This document shows positions 38,529 to 48,661 of a stretch of 64,000 nucleotides of DNA, in pieces. The notes below the pieces were generated by a model. That model searched no databases, had not been told where the DNA came from, and was given only the letters and a program-made list of their open reading frames with translations. How positions within the stretch are numbered: position 1 is the stretch's first letter; every line of letters starts with the position of its first letter. The position numbers and the translations under genes were made by a program. Source of the stretch: an uncultured archaeon. GTDB taxonomy: Archaea; Thermoplasmatota; Penumbrarchaeia; JASLWR01. The stretch lies in NCBI GenBank assembly GCA_964342815.1, contig CAYFHS010000001.1, forward strand, positions 279,107 to 343,106, written 5' to 3'.

Positions 38529-41500
38529 TTGATGGCGGGATTAGATATGAAAAGATTAACGACAATGGTTGTCCTGATAATTCTGCTTGGGACAAGCTCA
38601 ATGATTACATTTTATCCAGACTATAATGTCATGGAAGTATCACTGGTTGTTGGGGATAAGAAATTTCCTGGAATCGACGCGGGAAAATCTAATTTAAATA
38701 GAAACGGAGAAAAAATCGATGCTCACATCGTAAAAACCCATCAGAAAATCTCGGATATCGAAGGGGGTTTTAACGGAACTTTGGACAATCAGGACTATTT
38801 TGGTCGTTCAGTTTCTCAGATTGGAGACCTGGATGGAGATGGGATCACTGATATTGCAGCTTGTGCTTATTGGGATGATGACGGGGGTACTAATAAAGGA
38901 GCGGTATGGATATTGTTTATGAACCGCAACGGCACGGTCAAGTCACATCAGAAGATCTCAGACACCGAAGGAAATTTCACGGGGACACTCGACATAGGCG
39001 ACTATTGGGGTGAATCGGTTACAGAGTTGGGAGATCTCAACGGAGATGGCGTTCTCGATATTGCTGTAAGCGCAGCGAGAGATGATGACGGTGGCTTTAA
39101 TAAAGGAGCGGTCTGGATATTGTTTCTGAATATTAATGGTACTGTTAAATCACATCAGAAAATATCCGATACCGAAGGAGGATTTACCGGAACGTTGGAT
39201 AATGAAGATTTTTTTGGTAGCTCTGTATCCAAGATTGGTGATCTGGATGGTGACAATATCACTGATATTGCGGTGGGGGCTTATTTTGATGATGATGAAG
39301 ATTTTAATGTAGGGGCAGTTTGGATATTGTTTTTAAACAGTAATGGCACAGTTAAGTCCCACCAGAAAATTTCACAAACAGAAGGAGGTTTCAACAGAGG
39401 ATGGATGAATGGGGATTTGAATGCACTTGATTGGTTTGGTAGCTCAGTTTCAGACATTGGTGATCTTAATGAGGACGGGATTCTAGATATTGTGGTTGGT
39501 GTAATGAGGAATGATTTATTTGGTATTGCTGCTGGACATATATGGATCCTATTCTTAAATACTGATGGTACTGTAAAGTCCCATAAGAAGATTCCTAACT
39601 TTGGAGAAGATTTAGCTAATGAATTAAAAGCAGGGGATCAGTTTGGTTGTTCTGTTTCAGATATTGGGGACCTAAACGGAGACGGTGCAATAGATATATT
39701 AGTAGGTGCTTTTGAGGATGATGACGGGGGAAATGATCGAGGGACGGTTTATGTCCTGTTTATGAATAAAGACGGAACTGTCAAATCACATCAGAAAATT
39801 TCGGATACTGGAGGAAATTTTAAGGGAATACTTGATAATAGTGATAAATTTGGTACATCGGTTTCAGGTGTTGGTGATCTTGATGGGGATGGTACTCTGG
39901 ATATTATTGTAAGCGCCTTTGAGGATGATGATGGAGGTCAGGATAGAGGTTGCTTTTGGACTTTTTTCCTGCATGATAAACCATCCTTCGGTACATTATG
40001 GAATAGTACATTGACCACCGGCGACACTGAAAGATTTTCCGCAAATGTAACCGACATAATAGGTGGTGGTTTGAACGAGGTCTGGTTTAATTTCACGATA
40101 GACAATGATACTGCTTTAAACTGGAGTGTTACTAATCATACCGGCAACTCATGGTGGGTGGAGATGGATATACCAAATAATGCTACTTCTTTCGACTACT
40201 TTTTCTGGGTCAATAATACAGACGATGTTTGGGCGAAAACAGATAAGAAAACACTAAAAATATTTGACAATGACGAACCATCATTCGGTACGTTATGGCA
40301 AAATGAATTGACTACTGGTGACGAAGAAATGTTTTCAGTAAACGTCACAGACAATATGGGTGTTCATTCGGTATTATTCGATTTCAAGATAAATGGACGA
40401 TCCTATAAGAACTGGTCAGTTACAAACAGAACCCAGGATTCTTGGGATATTACTATCGTTCTGCCATCAAATGCTACTATAATCGAATATCGATTCCGAG
40501 CTAATGATTCCTCTGACAATTGGGGTAAAGTTGGTAACATTACACGCGATGTAATTGATAACGACAAACCGGTATTCGGTAAGTTATGGCATAATGAATT
40601 GACCACAGGAGATGTCGAAATGTTCTCCGCCAACATCACCGATAATATTGATATACATACAGTAATTTTCGATTTCAAGATTAACGGAACTTCCCATTAC
40701 AACTGGACCGTAACGAACAACACAGAGAATTCCTGGGAAATTTCCATCCTGATACCCTTTAACGCCCTAAACTTCGAGTATCGGTTCTGGGCCAATGATT
40801 CCGCGGACAACTGGGGTAAAACGGACAACAATACTCACATCGTTATCGATAACGACAAGATGATGTTTGGAACCCTGTGGCACAGTCCGTTAACCACCGG
40901 CGATCCGGCTGTATTTTCCATCAACGTCAGTGATAATATCGGTTTGAATGAAGTCTGGTTCAATTATATTTTGATCGATGTGGAATATAATGATCATACC
41001 TTTAATTTATTGGTCACAAACCATACGGATGTCCTATCATGGAAGATCACAATTATGATTCCCCCGGATGCTACCTATATCGTTTATCATTTCAGGGCAA
41101 CGGATATGTCTGACAACGGAAATGAGACTCCAATAGAAGCAAGCAGTATTCTTGATAATGACCTACCGGTTTTGGGAGAGGACCGGTCTGGGGAAATTCC
41201 GTCTACTGGAGATTCTTATACCTTTTCTCTGACTGTGAGAGATAACATTGAATTAGCAAATGTATCGGTGTGGTATAAATTCGATAATGAAAGTCCCTTC
41301 AACGTCTCCATGCACAATGAGGGAGGTCTTTGGATCAAGACCATCGATGTTCCTGCTAAAGCATTCAACTTGACCTACTGTTTCTATATTGAAGATAATA
41401 CTGGGAATTGTCTTGTAGTAAACAAATCCATGAAAAAAATCCATGACAATGACCTACCAAGGTTGCAAGAGGATCTCATAACTGGGATCGCTACTACGGG

Positions 41501-43130
41501 TGAGGTGTTCGTTTTTTCTATCGGCGCACTTGATAATATTAAGATTGATTCTGTTTTTGTCCGATACTCCTTTGATGTCGGAATGGATTTTAACCAAACG
41601 ATGTTTAGCACTGATTTGGAAAACTGGAGCTTGTCGATCTTGGTCCCGACCAACGCGACGTACTTAGAATATTCGTTCTTTATCAATGATACATCCGAAA
41701 ATTTCATAATTACTGAAATGCAAAACCGTACTGTTATTGACAATGACGATCCAATTGCCCTTGCTGGTGAGGATATCACAATTGATCAACATGAAAACAC
41801 ACTATTCAATGGTACTTTTAGTAGTGATAACGTAGCTATCATTAACTATACCTGGTCCTTTTTCTATAACGGAGAAAAGCTGATATATTATGGCAGTGAA
41901 GTTCCTATCACCTTTGATAGTGCTGGCGAAAATAATGTTACATTGAAAATTATTGACGAAGCAGGCAACTCGGATACCGATTACCTCATCGTTACAGTAC
42001 GGGATATCACTCCTCCGGTAGCAGAAGCTGGTGATGACTTTGTTATCGATCAGGGGCAATTGGTAAACTTCAATGGCAGTGGTTCCTATGACAACGTTTT
42101 ATTGGTTAATTATACCTGGACGATCATCTTTGGTAATGTCACACAAAGATTTTCCGGCTTGACCCCGAGCTTTACTTTCGATAAGCCTGGCATGTACCAT
42201 ATAAAATTAAATATCACAGATTCAGCGGGTAACTGGCATAGCGATCATCTCAATGTGACCGTCAGAGACAGCACTCCCCCGGTTGCACAAGCTGGTGAGG
42301 ATATTACAATCGAAGAGGGAGATACTGTTGTGCTAAACGGGACCGGAAGCAAGGATAATGTCGGCATCCTGACCTATACCTGGAGATTTATATACGATGG
42401 TGCCGAGAAAGAACTCAACGGCCCCTTGGCAAATTTCTCATTCTTAATTCCCGGTAATTACACGATCATTCTCACCGTGGAGGATGCCATGAGTAATATT
42501 GGGACTGATGTGGTCAAGGTGCAGGTAGAATCCACTGTGATTATAATACCTGATGATACTCCTGTTGAAAAAGAAAGCAGCTTCCCAATATGGGGCGTAA
42601 TTCTGATCGGACTCATTGTAATACTGATCATAATATTTTTAGTCGTTCTTATCCGTCTGAGGAATAAGAAGGAAGAAGCGGTTACTGAAGAAAAGGCGAA
42701 AGAATCTAACGTAAGTATTCCTGACGAGGAAACACCTATTGCCCGCCTGGATGAACCTGTGGATGTAACTGTAAAAACAGAGGAATTGAACCATTCCTCG
42801 GACCAATCTACAATTAATGAATCTGTTCCTCCAGTTGTTAGTTCAGATATCGCGTCGCCGATATGTCCAACATGCGGTCAGTTTTCCGTGTACTATCAGG
42901 AATACGAATGTTTCTGGTGTGATGGATGTCAGGACTATGTATCTTCTGAAGAAGAAAATCCAGGGGAAATTAATTATGAACCACGCCCACCTAGTGAAGA
43001 ATCACCCAAAGAGGAAATACCTTCAATTACTATCGAGAGCGATCCATCTTCACCCATGCCTAATGAACCCGAAGAAATAGTACCGGTAAGTGAAATTCTG
43101 GAATCTTCAGAAAATTCAGTTATTGATTGA
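38529..43130 (+). CDS. Surface adhesin (1533 aa): six FG-GAP (integrin-alpha-like) repeats, Ig-like repeats, three PKD domains, TM helix, zinc ribbon
   Basis: FG.SV..IGDLDGDG..DI.V.A..DDDGG...GAVWILF occurs six times; P.A.AG.D PKD motifs; TM IWGVILIGLIVILIIIFLVVLI; CPTC...CDGC. Likely start is 38547. Confidence 0.9.
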   Translation: MMAGLDMKRLTTMVVLIILLGTSSMITFYPDYNVMEVSLVVGDKKFPGIDAGKSNLNRNGEKIDAHIVKTHQKISDIEGGFNGTLDNQDYFGRSVSQIGDLDGDGITDIAACAYWDDDGGTNKGAVWILFMNRNGTVKSHQKISDTEGNFTGTLDIGDYWGESVTELGDLNGDGVLDIAVSAARDDDGGFNKGAVWILFLNINGTVKSHQKISDTEGGFTGTLDNEDFFGSSVSKIGDLDGDNITDIAVGAYFDDDEDFNVGAVWILFLNSNGTVKSHQKISQTEGGFNRGWMNGDLNALDWFGSSVSDIGDLNEDGILDIVVGVMRNDLFGIAAGHIWILFLNTDGTVKSHKKIPNFGEDLANELKAGDQFGCSVSDIGDLNGDGAIDILVGAFEDDDGGNDRGTVYVLFMNKDGTVKSHQKISDTGGNFKGILDNSDKFGTSVSGVGDLDGDGTLDIIVSAFEDDDGGQDRGCFWTFFLHDKPSFGTLWNSTLTTGDTERFSANVTDIIGGGLNEVWFNFTIDNDTALNWSVTNHTGNSWWVEMDIPNNATSFDYFFWVNNTDDVWAKTDKKTLKIFDNDEPSFGTLWQNELTTGDEEMFSVNVTDNMGVHSVLFDFKINGRSYKNWSVTNRTQDSWDITIVLPSNATIIEYRFRANDSSDNWGKVGNITRDVIDNDKPVFGKLWHNELTTGDVEMFSANITDNIDIHTVIFDFKINGTSHYNWTVTNNTENSWEISILIPFNALNFEYRFWANDSADNWGKTDNNTHIVIDNDKMMFGTLWHSPLTTGDPAVFSINVSDNIGLNEVWFNYILIDVEYNDHTFNLLVTNHTDVLSWKITIMIPPDATYIVYHFRATDMSDNGNETPIEASSILDNDLPVLGEDRSGEIPSTGDSYTFSLTVRDNIELANVSVWYKFDNESPFNVSMHNEGGLWIKTIDVPAKAFNLTYCFYIEDNTGNCLVVNKSMKKIHDNDLPRLQEDLITGIATTGEVFVFSIGALDNIKIDSVFVRYSFDVGMDFNQTMFSTDLENWSLSILVPTNATYLEYSFFINDTSENFIITEMQNRTVIDNDDPIALAGEDITIDQHENTLFNGTFSSDNVAIINYTWSFFYNGEKLIYYGSEVPITFDSAGENNVTLKIIDEAGNSDTDYLIVTVRDITPPVAEAGDDFVIDQGQLVNFNGSGSYDNVLLVNYTWTIIFGNVTQRFSGLTPSFTFDKPGMYHIKLNITDSAGNWHSDHLNVTVRDSTPPVAQAGEDITIEEGDTVVLNGTGSKDNVGILTYTWRFIYDGAEKELNGPLANFSFLIPGNYTIILTVEDAMSNIGTDVVKVQVESTVIIIPDDTPVEKESSFPIWGVILIGLIVILIIIFLVVLIRLRNKKEEAVTEEKAKESNVSIPDEETPIARLDEPVDVTVKTEELNHSSDQSTINESVPPVVSSDIASPICPTCGQFSVYYQEYECFWCDGCQDYVSSEEENPGEINYEPRPPSEESPKEEIPSITIESDPSSPMPNEPEEIVPVSEILESSENSVID

Positions 43131-43154
43131 GGAAAAAAGTTGTAAATAATATCG

Positions 43155-43251
43155 ATGGTCGACGAGTGCCGACCATGAGGGCAAGCCCTCTTTTTCTTTA
43201 TTCTTAATTTTATTTCGGGCCTGCGTTTGGCTGGGGCTCGCAGGCCCTCTA
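43155..43251 (-). repeat. Hairpin cassette between convergent genes, copy B (inverted relative to copy A, with one extra hairpin)
   Basis: GGGCCTGCG/CGCAGGCCC (43217-43247), GAGGG-CAAG-CCCTC (43177-43190) and ATGGTCG...CGACCAT (43155-43176). Confidence 0.75.
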
Positions 43252-43282
43252 TAGTTAGAATCTAAGATTCCTTTGGATAATA

Positions 43283-46200
43283 TTATGCCTTTCGTATCTC
43301 TTCCAGGGCGTCCGAGAGGTTCATCAGTATTTTCCGGTTGATCTCCTCTATCTTGATCCTTCCGCCCCGCGCCTTTGTTCTCACACGGATCATGTCTCCT
43401 TTCATGGATACGATGGTTCTTTCGGTACCGGACCTGGATACGATCACATCACCCGGTCTCAATCCTTCCAGAGCTTCTTCGATGGTTTGCTCATCTACCA
43501 GCTCATCGGAGTCTTCAGCCTCATTGTCCTTGGAAAAATCAGCCCCGCATTTCGGACACACATCGGCGTCCTCACCCATGACACCCTGACAGCGTGGGCA
43601 GAAATATTCCACCAGCAGTGCTTCCACTTCCACCACCTCCGCTTCCACCATTTCCACAGCCTTCCTCCTCTTTTTACCGCCCTTTTTTCCATCAGATAGT
43701 TTCAATTCCATCTTTCTCTCCTTCCCCCTGCCTCTGAGTACTAGCACCAGGAAGATAACGTTCAGAAGGATAAAGCCTGCAATTATGGCAACAGCCATGC
43801 GCAATGGCCCGGAAAACTTGATCTCGTCATCCTCGCCTCCACTGGCTTTTGGTCCCGTCACCTCTACCTTGAACGTCTGCTTGGCGGAATTGCCTTTTCT
43901 ATCCTTAACCAGCAATGTGATTTTGTACGTTCCGGCTTCCAGATCATCCGGGTAGGATAACCTCGGGGAATCCGTCCTAAAGTTCCCGCGCTCATTGCCT
44001 TGGGAATCGGTCAATATCCAGTAGTATTCATCGATATCCATATCTGCAAAGTCATCTGGAATGACTATGTCGAGAGACGAGTCCAGCCCTATCTCGATGT
44101 TTTCCACTTTGTTTTTCGGATTGGTGTCAATTACATTAATATTGTACTCCACAACCGTGGTGAACCCCGCATCATTTTTCACCGTCAGAACGATCTCGTA
44201 ATTTATAGCTTCGGAAAAAACGAATTTTGGTTTCTTTTCATGGAACGTTTCGACCTTACCGTCATATTTGATGGTCCATGTATAGGTGAAGGTCACAGAG
44301 CCGTCGTCGATCCAATCACCGGCGTCGAGTTCAATCTCATCGCTATCTTCGTCATCCACATCAAGATTCGAGTGGAGGCCTGCGGGGGCCACCGGCGGAG
44401 TCACATCCGAAACGATTACGGAGAAGGTATCCTTTGCCCAGTTTCCAGCGGCATCAGTTACAGTCAAAGTGACGGTGAAATTTCCCACATTCGAAAATAC
44501 ATAATTTTGTGACATTCCCGTCATTATTCGCAGCCCATTGTCCTCCAGGGTCCAGGCATAGCTAACGATACCAACATTGTCTTTTGAGGCTCGCCCGTCA
44601 AAGTATACCGCTTCGCCCTGGTCCGCCGCTTGATCAATTCCTGCGAGAGCTGTTGGTGGAGTTGAATCCGTGATGTTAACCCACATCACGTCCGTATTCG
44701 AAAGACCCGCAGCATCAGTTACCGTGAGAGTCACCGGATAGTCCCCGACGGTCACGAATGCGAAACTTACAGTTTTTCCGAAGAGAGAATGCATGGTATC
44801 ACCATAGGTGAATTTCCATGTCCAGTTCACCACTCCTACGTTGTCCGATGACAAAGACCCGTTAAACTCTGCAACCGTTCCCTGGGTGCCGTTCAGATCG
44901 GGTCCGGCACTTGCCGCAGGAATAGTGATGTCTCTCACGATCACGACGAAATTATCCGATGCTTTATTTCCCCGAAGATCGCTGATCTCGAGAGTTATTT
45001 GGTATATGCCGGGAATATCGAATAAGTATGAAGTATGCTCGCCGTTAAGTGTGACGTTCATCCCATGGTATACGAATGACCAAATGTATTCGGAGACGGA
45101 GCCACCATCCGGGTCGAAACAGCCGGTACCGTTGAACTGCACCGTCATCCCCTCATCCACAACAATCTCTGCAGGATGGACCGCTGCGGGGGCTGTTGTA
45201 TCGTTCACAGTTATCTCGCAGTTATCAGTATCGGTATTCCCTCCGTAATCGGTAATTGTAAGCAGAATTTCATATATACCCGGATGAGTGAATAGAAAGG
45301 TTGGATTCTTACCTATGAGGTTTACGGGTGTGTCGTTATGATGGAAGGACCATTGATAGCTTTTTACCGCCATGTTGTCACTGGATTTGCTTCCATCGAA
45401 AAATACAATCACATTCTCGTCAGTGACCTGGTCAGTTCCTGCATCCGCTTCTGGTGATTCATCGTCGGATCCCACGATCAATATACTTTTGCAGATCAAC
45501 TCATTCATGTCGTCCTTCAGATACGCGCAAACCCCGAAGGAGCTTAGGTCCTGGTCCGTGGGCGAATTATCATATATGTTCGGTGTATTGATCTCGCATG
45601 AAAAATTTCCATTAGCGTTGGTGATGGTATCCACTGTCCTTCCCGTGAACGGGAACGTAACTACGACGTCCTCCGAGGAGAAGCCCGGAAAACACCCGTT
45701 CACCTGGATCGGGATGTTCAGAAGGGCCTGGTCGGTATTGGTTTCAATGGTGTTGGCAACCACTGCCGTGCTGTATGAATTGATTTCCATGGTAGTATCG
45801 AGTACGCTGTGGTCTTCGTCATCGGTGAGTGTAATGCGATATATGTCATGCTTGACCAGAGATTTCACGTCAGCCGAATAAGAAAAATTCATGGTGGAAG
45901 GATCGGCCGAGTCCGTTGAAATCGCCGAAAAACGGTATACATCGTAAGATACACCGTTTACAGTCACCGGGGCCTCCGAGGAGCTGGTCATGTCATAGGC
46001 GAAGGGAAATACCTCGGTGTATTTTTTCAGGTAATAGCCCAGTTCGGAAAGGTATAGGGAGAATGTCCGGTTCTGCTGCGTGGAAAAATTGAACTGCTCA
46101 CCAGGAGAGATTGGGAGGTCGAAGATGTCCACCATATCGAGATCGAACATGGTCTCGGAGATCTTGAAGCGCAGGGCCTGGGTTGTGGTATGGACGAATC

Positions 46201-46756
46201 CTTCCAGGTAGGTTTCCTCATGCAAAATGGCAAGATCGGAGCAACGGTAAATCCTGTAACCCGTGGTATCCCCCGGAGTTTTGGATAGCTTTGAGAAACG
46301 ATCGCCGTTAACTAATAGGGGGGCCCCGCTGTATACCGCATTTCCTATGGATCCGCCTGATACCGTGCAGTTGTATGCGAGATAGGAATTTCCGTCCGCG
46401 GCAGCGAACATCTCAATCCTTCTCAAGGTGTATTTCACCGTACCGTTCAGGAAGAGGAAATCAGTGCGGTCTGTCCAAGAATTATTAAATGTAGTGTTGT
46501 ACTCCCACCAGTCGCCGACTTTCCAGGTGGGAACGTCGGTTTCCGCCGTGAACCTGCTTAAAACACCTACATCACTTTCGACATTCGATCCTGGAGCGTT
46601 AATAACTTTGACATTGTTTTTTTCCGCCGAACCTTGATTTGAGTTGCACGGGATCTGCGAGCTGACAAGTAAGACCATTACCGATAATAATATTATTTTT
46701 TGAAATCTCATGTGGACACGTCCGGTTAATTCGATTTCGAGTGAAAAAATATTCAT
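43283..46756 (-). CDS. PKD-repeat surface protein (1157 aa) with TM helix, zinc ribbon and a small C-terminal SH3/KOW-like domain
   Basis: Signal peptide; N-domain VPTWKVGDWWEY; about six PKD repeats (A.AG.D...FDGS.S.DN.....W.W); TM MAVAIIAGFILLNVIFLVLVL; CPRC...CPKC. Confidence 0.88.
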   Translation of the reverse strand: MNIFSLEIELTGRVHMRFQKIILLSVMVLLVSSQIPCNSNQGSAEKNNVKVINAPGSNVESDVGVLSRFTAETDVPTWKVGDWWEYNTTFNNSWTDRTDFLFLNGTVKYTLRRIEMFAAADGNSYLAYNCTVSGGSIGNAVYSGAPLLVNGDRFSKLSKTPGDTTGYRIYRCSDLAILHEETYLEGFVHTTTQALRFKISETMFDLDMVDIFDLPISPGEQFNFSTQQNRTFSLYLSELGYYLKKYTEVFPFAYDMTSSSEAPVTVNGVSYDVYRFSAISTDSADPSTMNFSYSADVKSLVKHDIYRITLTDDEDHSVLDTTMEINSYSTAVVANTIETNTDQALLNIPIQVNGCFPGFSSEDVVVTFPFTGRTVDTITNANGNFSCEINTPNIYDNSPTDQDLSSFGVCAYLKDDMNELICKSILIVGSDDESPEADAGTDQVTDENVIVFFDGSKSSDNMAVKSYQWSFHHNDTPVNLIGKNPTFLFTHPGIYEILLTITDYGGNTDTDNCEITVNDTTAPAAVHPAEIVVDEGMTVQFNGTGCFDPDGGSVSEYIWSFVYHGMNVTLNGEHTSYLFDIPGIYQITLEISDLRGNKASDNFVVIVRDITIPAASAGPDLNGTQGTVAEFNGSLSSDNVGVVNWTWKFTYGDTMHSLFGKTVSFAFVTVGDYPVTLTVTDAAGLSNTDVMWVNITDSTPPTALAGIDQAADQGEAVYFDGRASKDNVGIVSYAWTLEDNGLRIMTGMSQNYVFSNVGNFTVTLTVTDAAGNWAKDTFSVIVSDVTPPVAPAGLHSNLDVDDEDSDEIELDAGDWIDDGSVTFTYTWTIKYDGKVETFHEKKPKFVFSEAINYEIVLTVKNDAGFTTVVEYNINVIDTNPKNKVENIEIGLDSSLDIVIPDDFADMDIDEYYWILTDSQGNERGNFRTDSPRLSYPDDLEAGTYKITLLVKDRKGNSAKQTFKVEVTGPKASGGEDDEIKFSGPLRMAVAIIAGFILLNVIFLVLVLRGRGKERKMELKLSDGKKGGKKRRKAVEMVEAEVVEVEALLVEYFCPRCQGVMGEDADVCPKCGADFSKDNEAEDSDELVDEQTIEEALEGLRPGDVIVSRSGTERTIVSMKGDMIRVRTKARGGRIKIEEINRKILMNLSDALEEIRKA

Positions 46757-46831
46757 AACAAATCATAAAAACCAATACATAAAGTTATTGGTGTAATTGG
46801 GATTCCTTCAATTTTAAATAAAAAAAATGAA

Positions 46832-48616
46832 TTACTTCATATGCCAAAATTTTCTGAAACCAACCTTATCGCCCTCGAGTATTCCTCTGTCGGCAAGGTT
46901 GCTCAGATGGTAGTGAACAGTAGGCCGTTTTTTCCGGAGGATCTTGGCAATCTCCTGGATAGTTTTTCTTTTTCTTTTACCGAGAAATCGAACGATCTCC
47001 TTTTCCATAGGTGAAAGCGGCTTAATGTTTCCGTAGTTCATCGGATAGAAAAATTTGTATTTACTTACTTTCACGGTTTGTATATAATCGTTTCCGGTCA
47101 GTTTTTGAATATGATGCCTCAATGCCCCGCCTCCCATTCCCATTTTGGTCTTTAGACCTCTATAATGCAGCCCCGGATTCGTATTAATACAGGCCAGTAC
47201 AGCCATGGTATTGCTGTTCTTCAGAATCTTTTTGCCGTTATGCCGGGTATACCACATTAACGCGGTTAAAATGAGGATGAATCCTATGGTTATATAGATG
47301 AGGATGAGCACAATATTTGTCCGTGTCTCATCCTCCCGTTTCCATCGGCTCCCATCCAGTGGATAATCGTCCTCCCAGTTCACCACTCCGTCACCGTCCC
47401 AGTCATTGGGTGTGGACCTGTTATCGTGTGAGTCGCTTCCCGAGCTATTCTCCAAGGTGTTGTCGTAACCGTCCCCGTCTATGTCCGGATCGATTAAATC
47501 TGGGATACCGTCGAGGTCAAGGTCGCTCGGATATGATGAGTTATCCCATGCATCGGTTCCCAATTCCAATTCAATGGTATTGTCCCATTCATCCCCGTCG
47601 ATGTCGGGATCGAGGTAATCCGGTATTCCATCCTCATCTAAATCAAAACCTTTGGGTTATGGTGTAGGGCGGATCACCCAGGATTGGTTCGCTTCGTTAA
47701 CTATCGGTAATCGATCCATCAACGGGTTACTATCGAAACCCTCCCATGGCAGGTCCGTATCACCTATTCCGTCAACGTTGGTATCAATTCCATCGTAGTT
47801 GTACCAGTAGTTACCGTGTCCGGTAGAATTGTTCCATATGTCTTTGTATCCATCGGGCGGGGTATCGGGCTGCAACGGATCAAGACAGTTGATGAAGTTG
47901 TTTTGATAAAATCTGTTGGGTAATTTTGGATTGCTCGCACCCGATCCAATGATTATTGAGTTGTAGTTATTGACGAAATTGCAGTTTGTAATTGTGTTGT
48001 TGTTGGGATATTGGTCCCCGCCGGTTCCATCTGCTTTATTAATAACGATTCCGGTATCGCCATAGAAATTACAGTTATTGAAAATACAATCGTCGGAACC
48101 GAAAAGGGTAATTTTCCCGATTGAGTAGAACTCACAGGATTCGAATATGAAACGGTCGTAAAGGCTTGCCCCTAAGCCCATCCGGTCATCTAAATACACG
48201 TCCCCTCCATATGAAAATGTTATCTTATCCTCAACAGTACCTATAGCATTAATATTACCAATGGATTCTGATGAAGTCCATTCGCCGGTTACGTCCTTCC
48301 TCGGACCTCCTAGCAGTGCTCCCGATTCACTGAACGATATATTTACACCGGGTTCTATTGTTAGTGTGGCGTCATTCAGTATGTAAATGGCATTGGATAT
48401 CATATATGGATTATCTTCCTTATTCCAGGTCGTATCTTTAGTTATATTATCATATACGTGGGTACTGGAACGGCTGCTTTCTCCGGATCGCAAAGCCGGT
48501 ATCCCTTTATCTATGGACCTCACCGCAATCCGATGGCTGTAAACCTGGCTGCCAACTATCAGGATGGCAAGTATGACCATGAACGTCTTCACTTTTTTCA
48601 TCTTGTGATACATCAT
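46832..48616 (-). pseudogene. Membrane-anchored one-component regulator (beta-helix + TSP3-like repeats + TM + tandem wHTH) split by an in-frame TAA at 47657-47659
   Basis: The tracked ORFs 47657-48616 and 46832-47569 are in the same frame. The bases between them read PKGFDLDEDGIPDYLDPDIDGDEWDNTIELE, continuing the D-x-D-x-D-G repeats. C-terminus has PGLHYRGL...LRHHIQKL and TIQEIAKIL...TVHYHLSNL. Confidence 0.85.
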
Positions 48617-48661
48617 TGTGCCGTTCCTATAAATTTATTCCTTGATGAATGTCTCGTCTTT

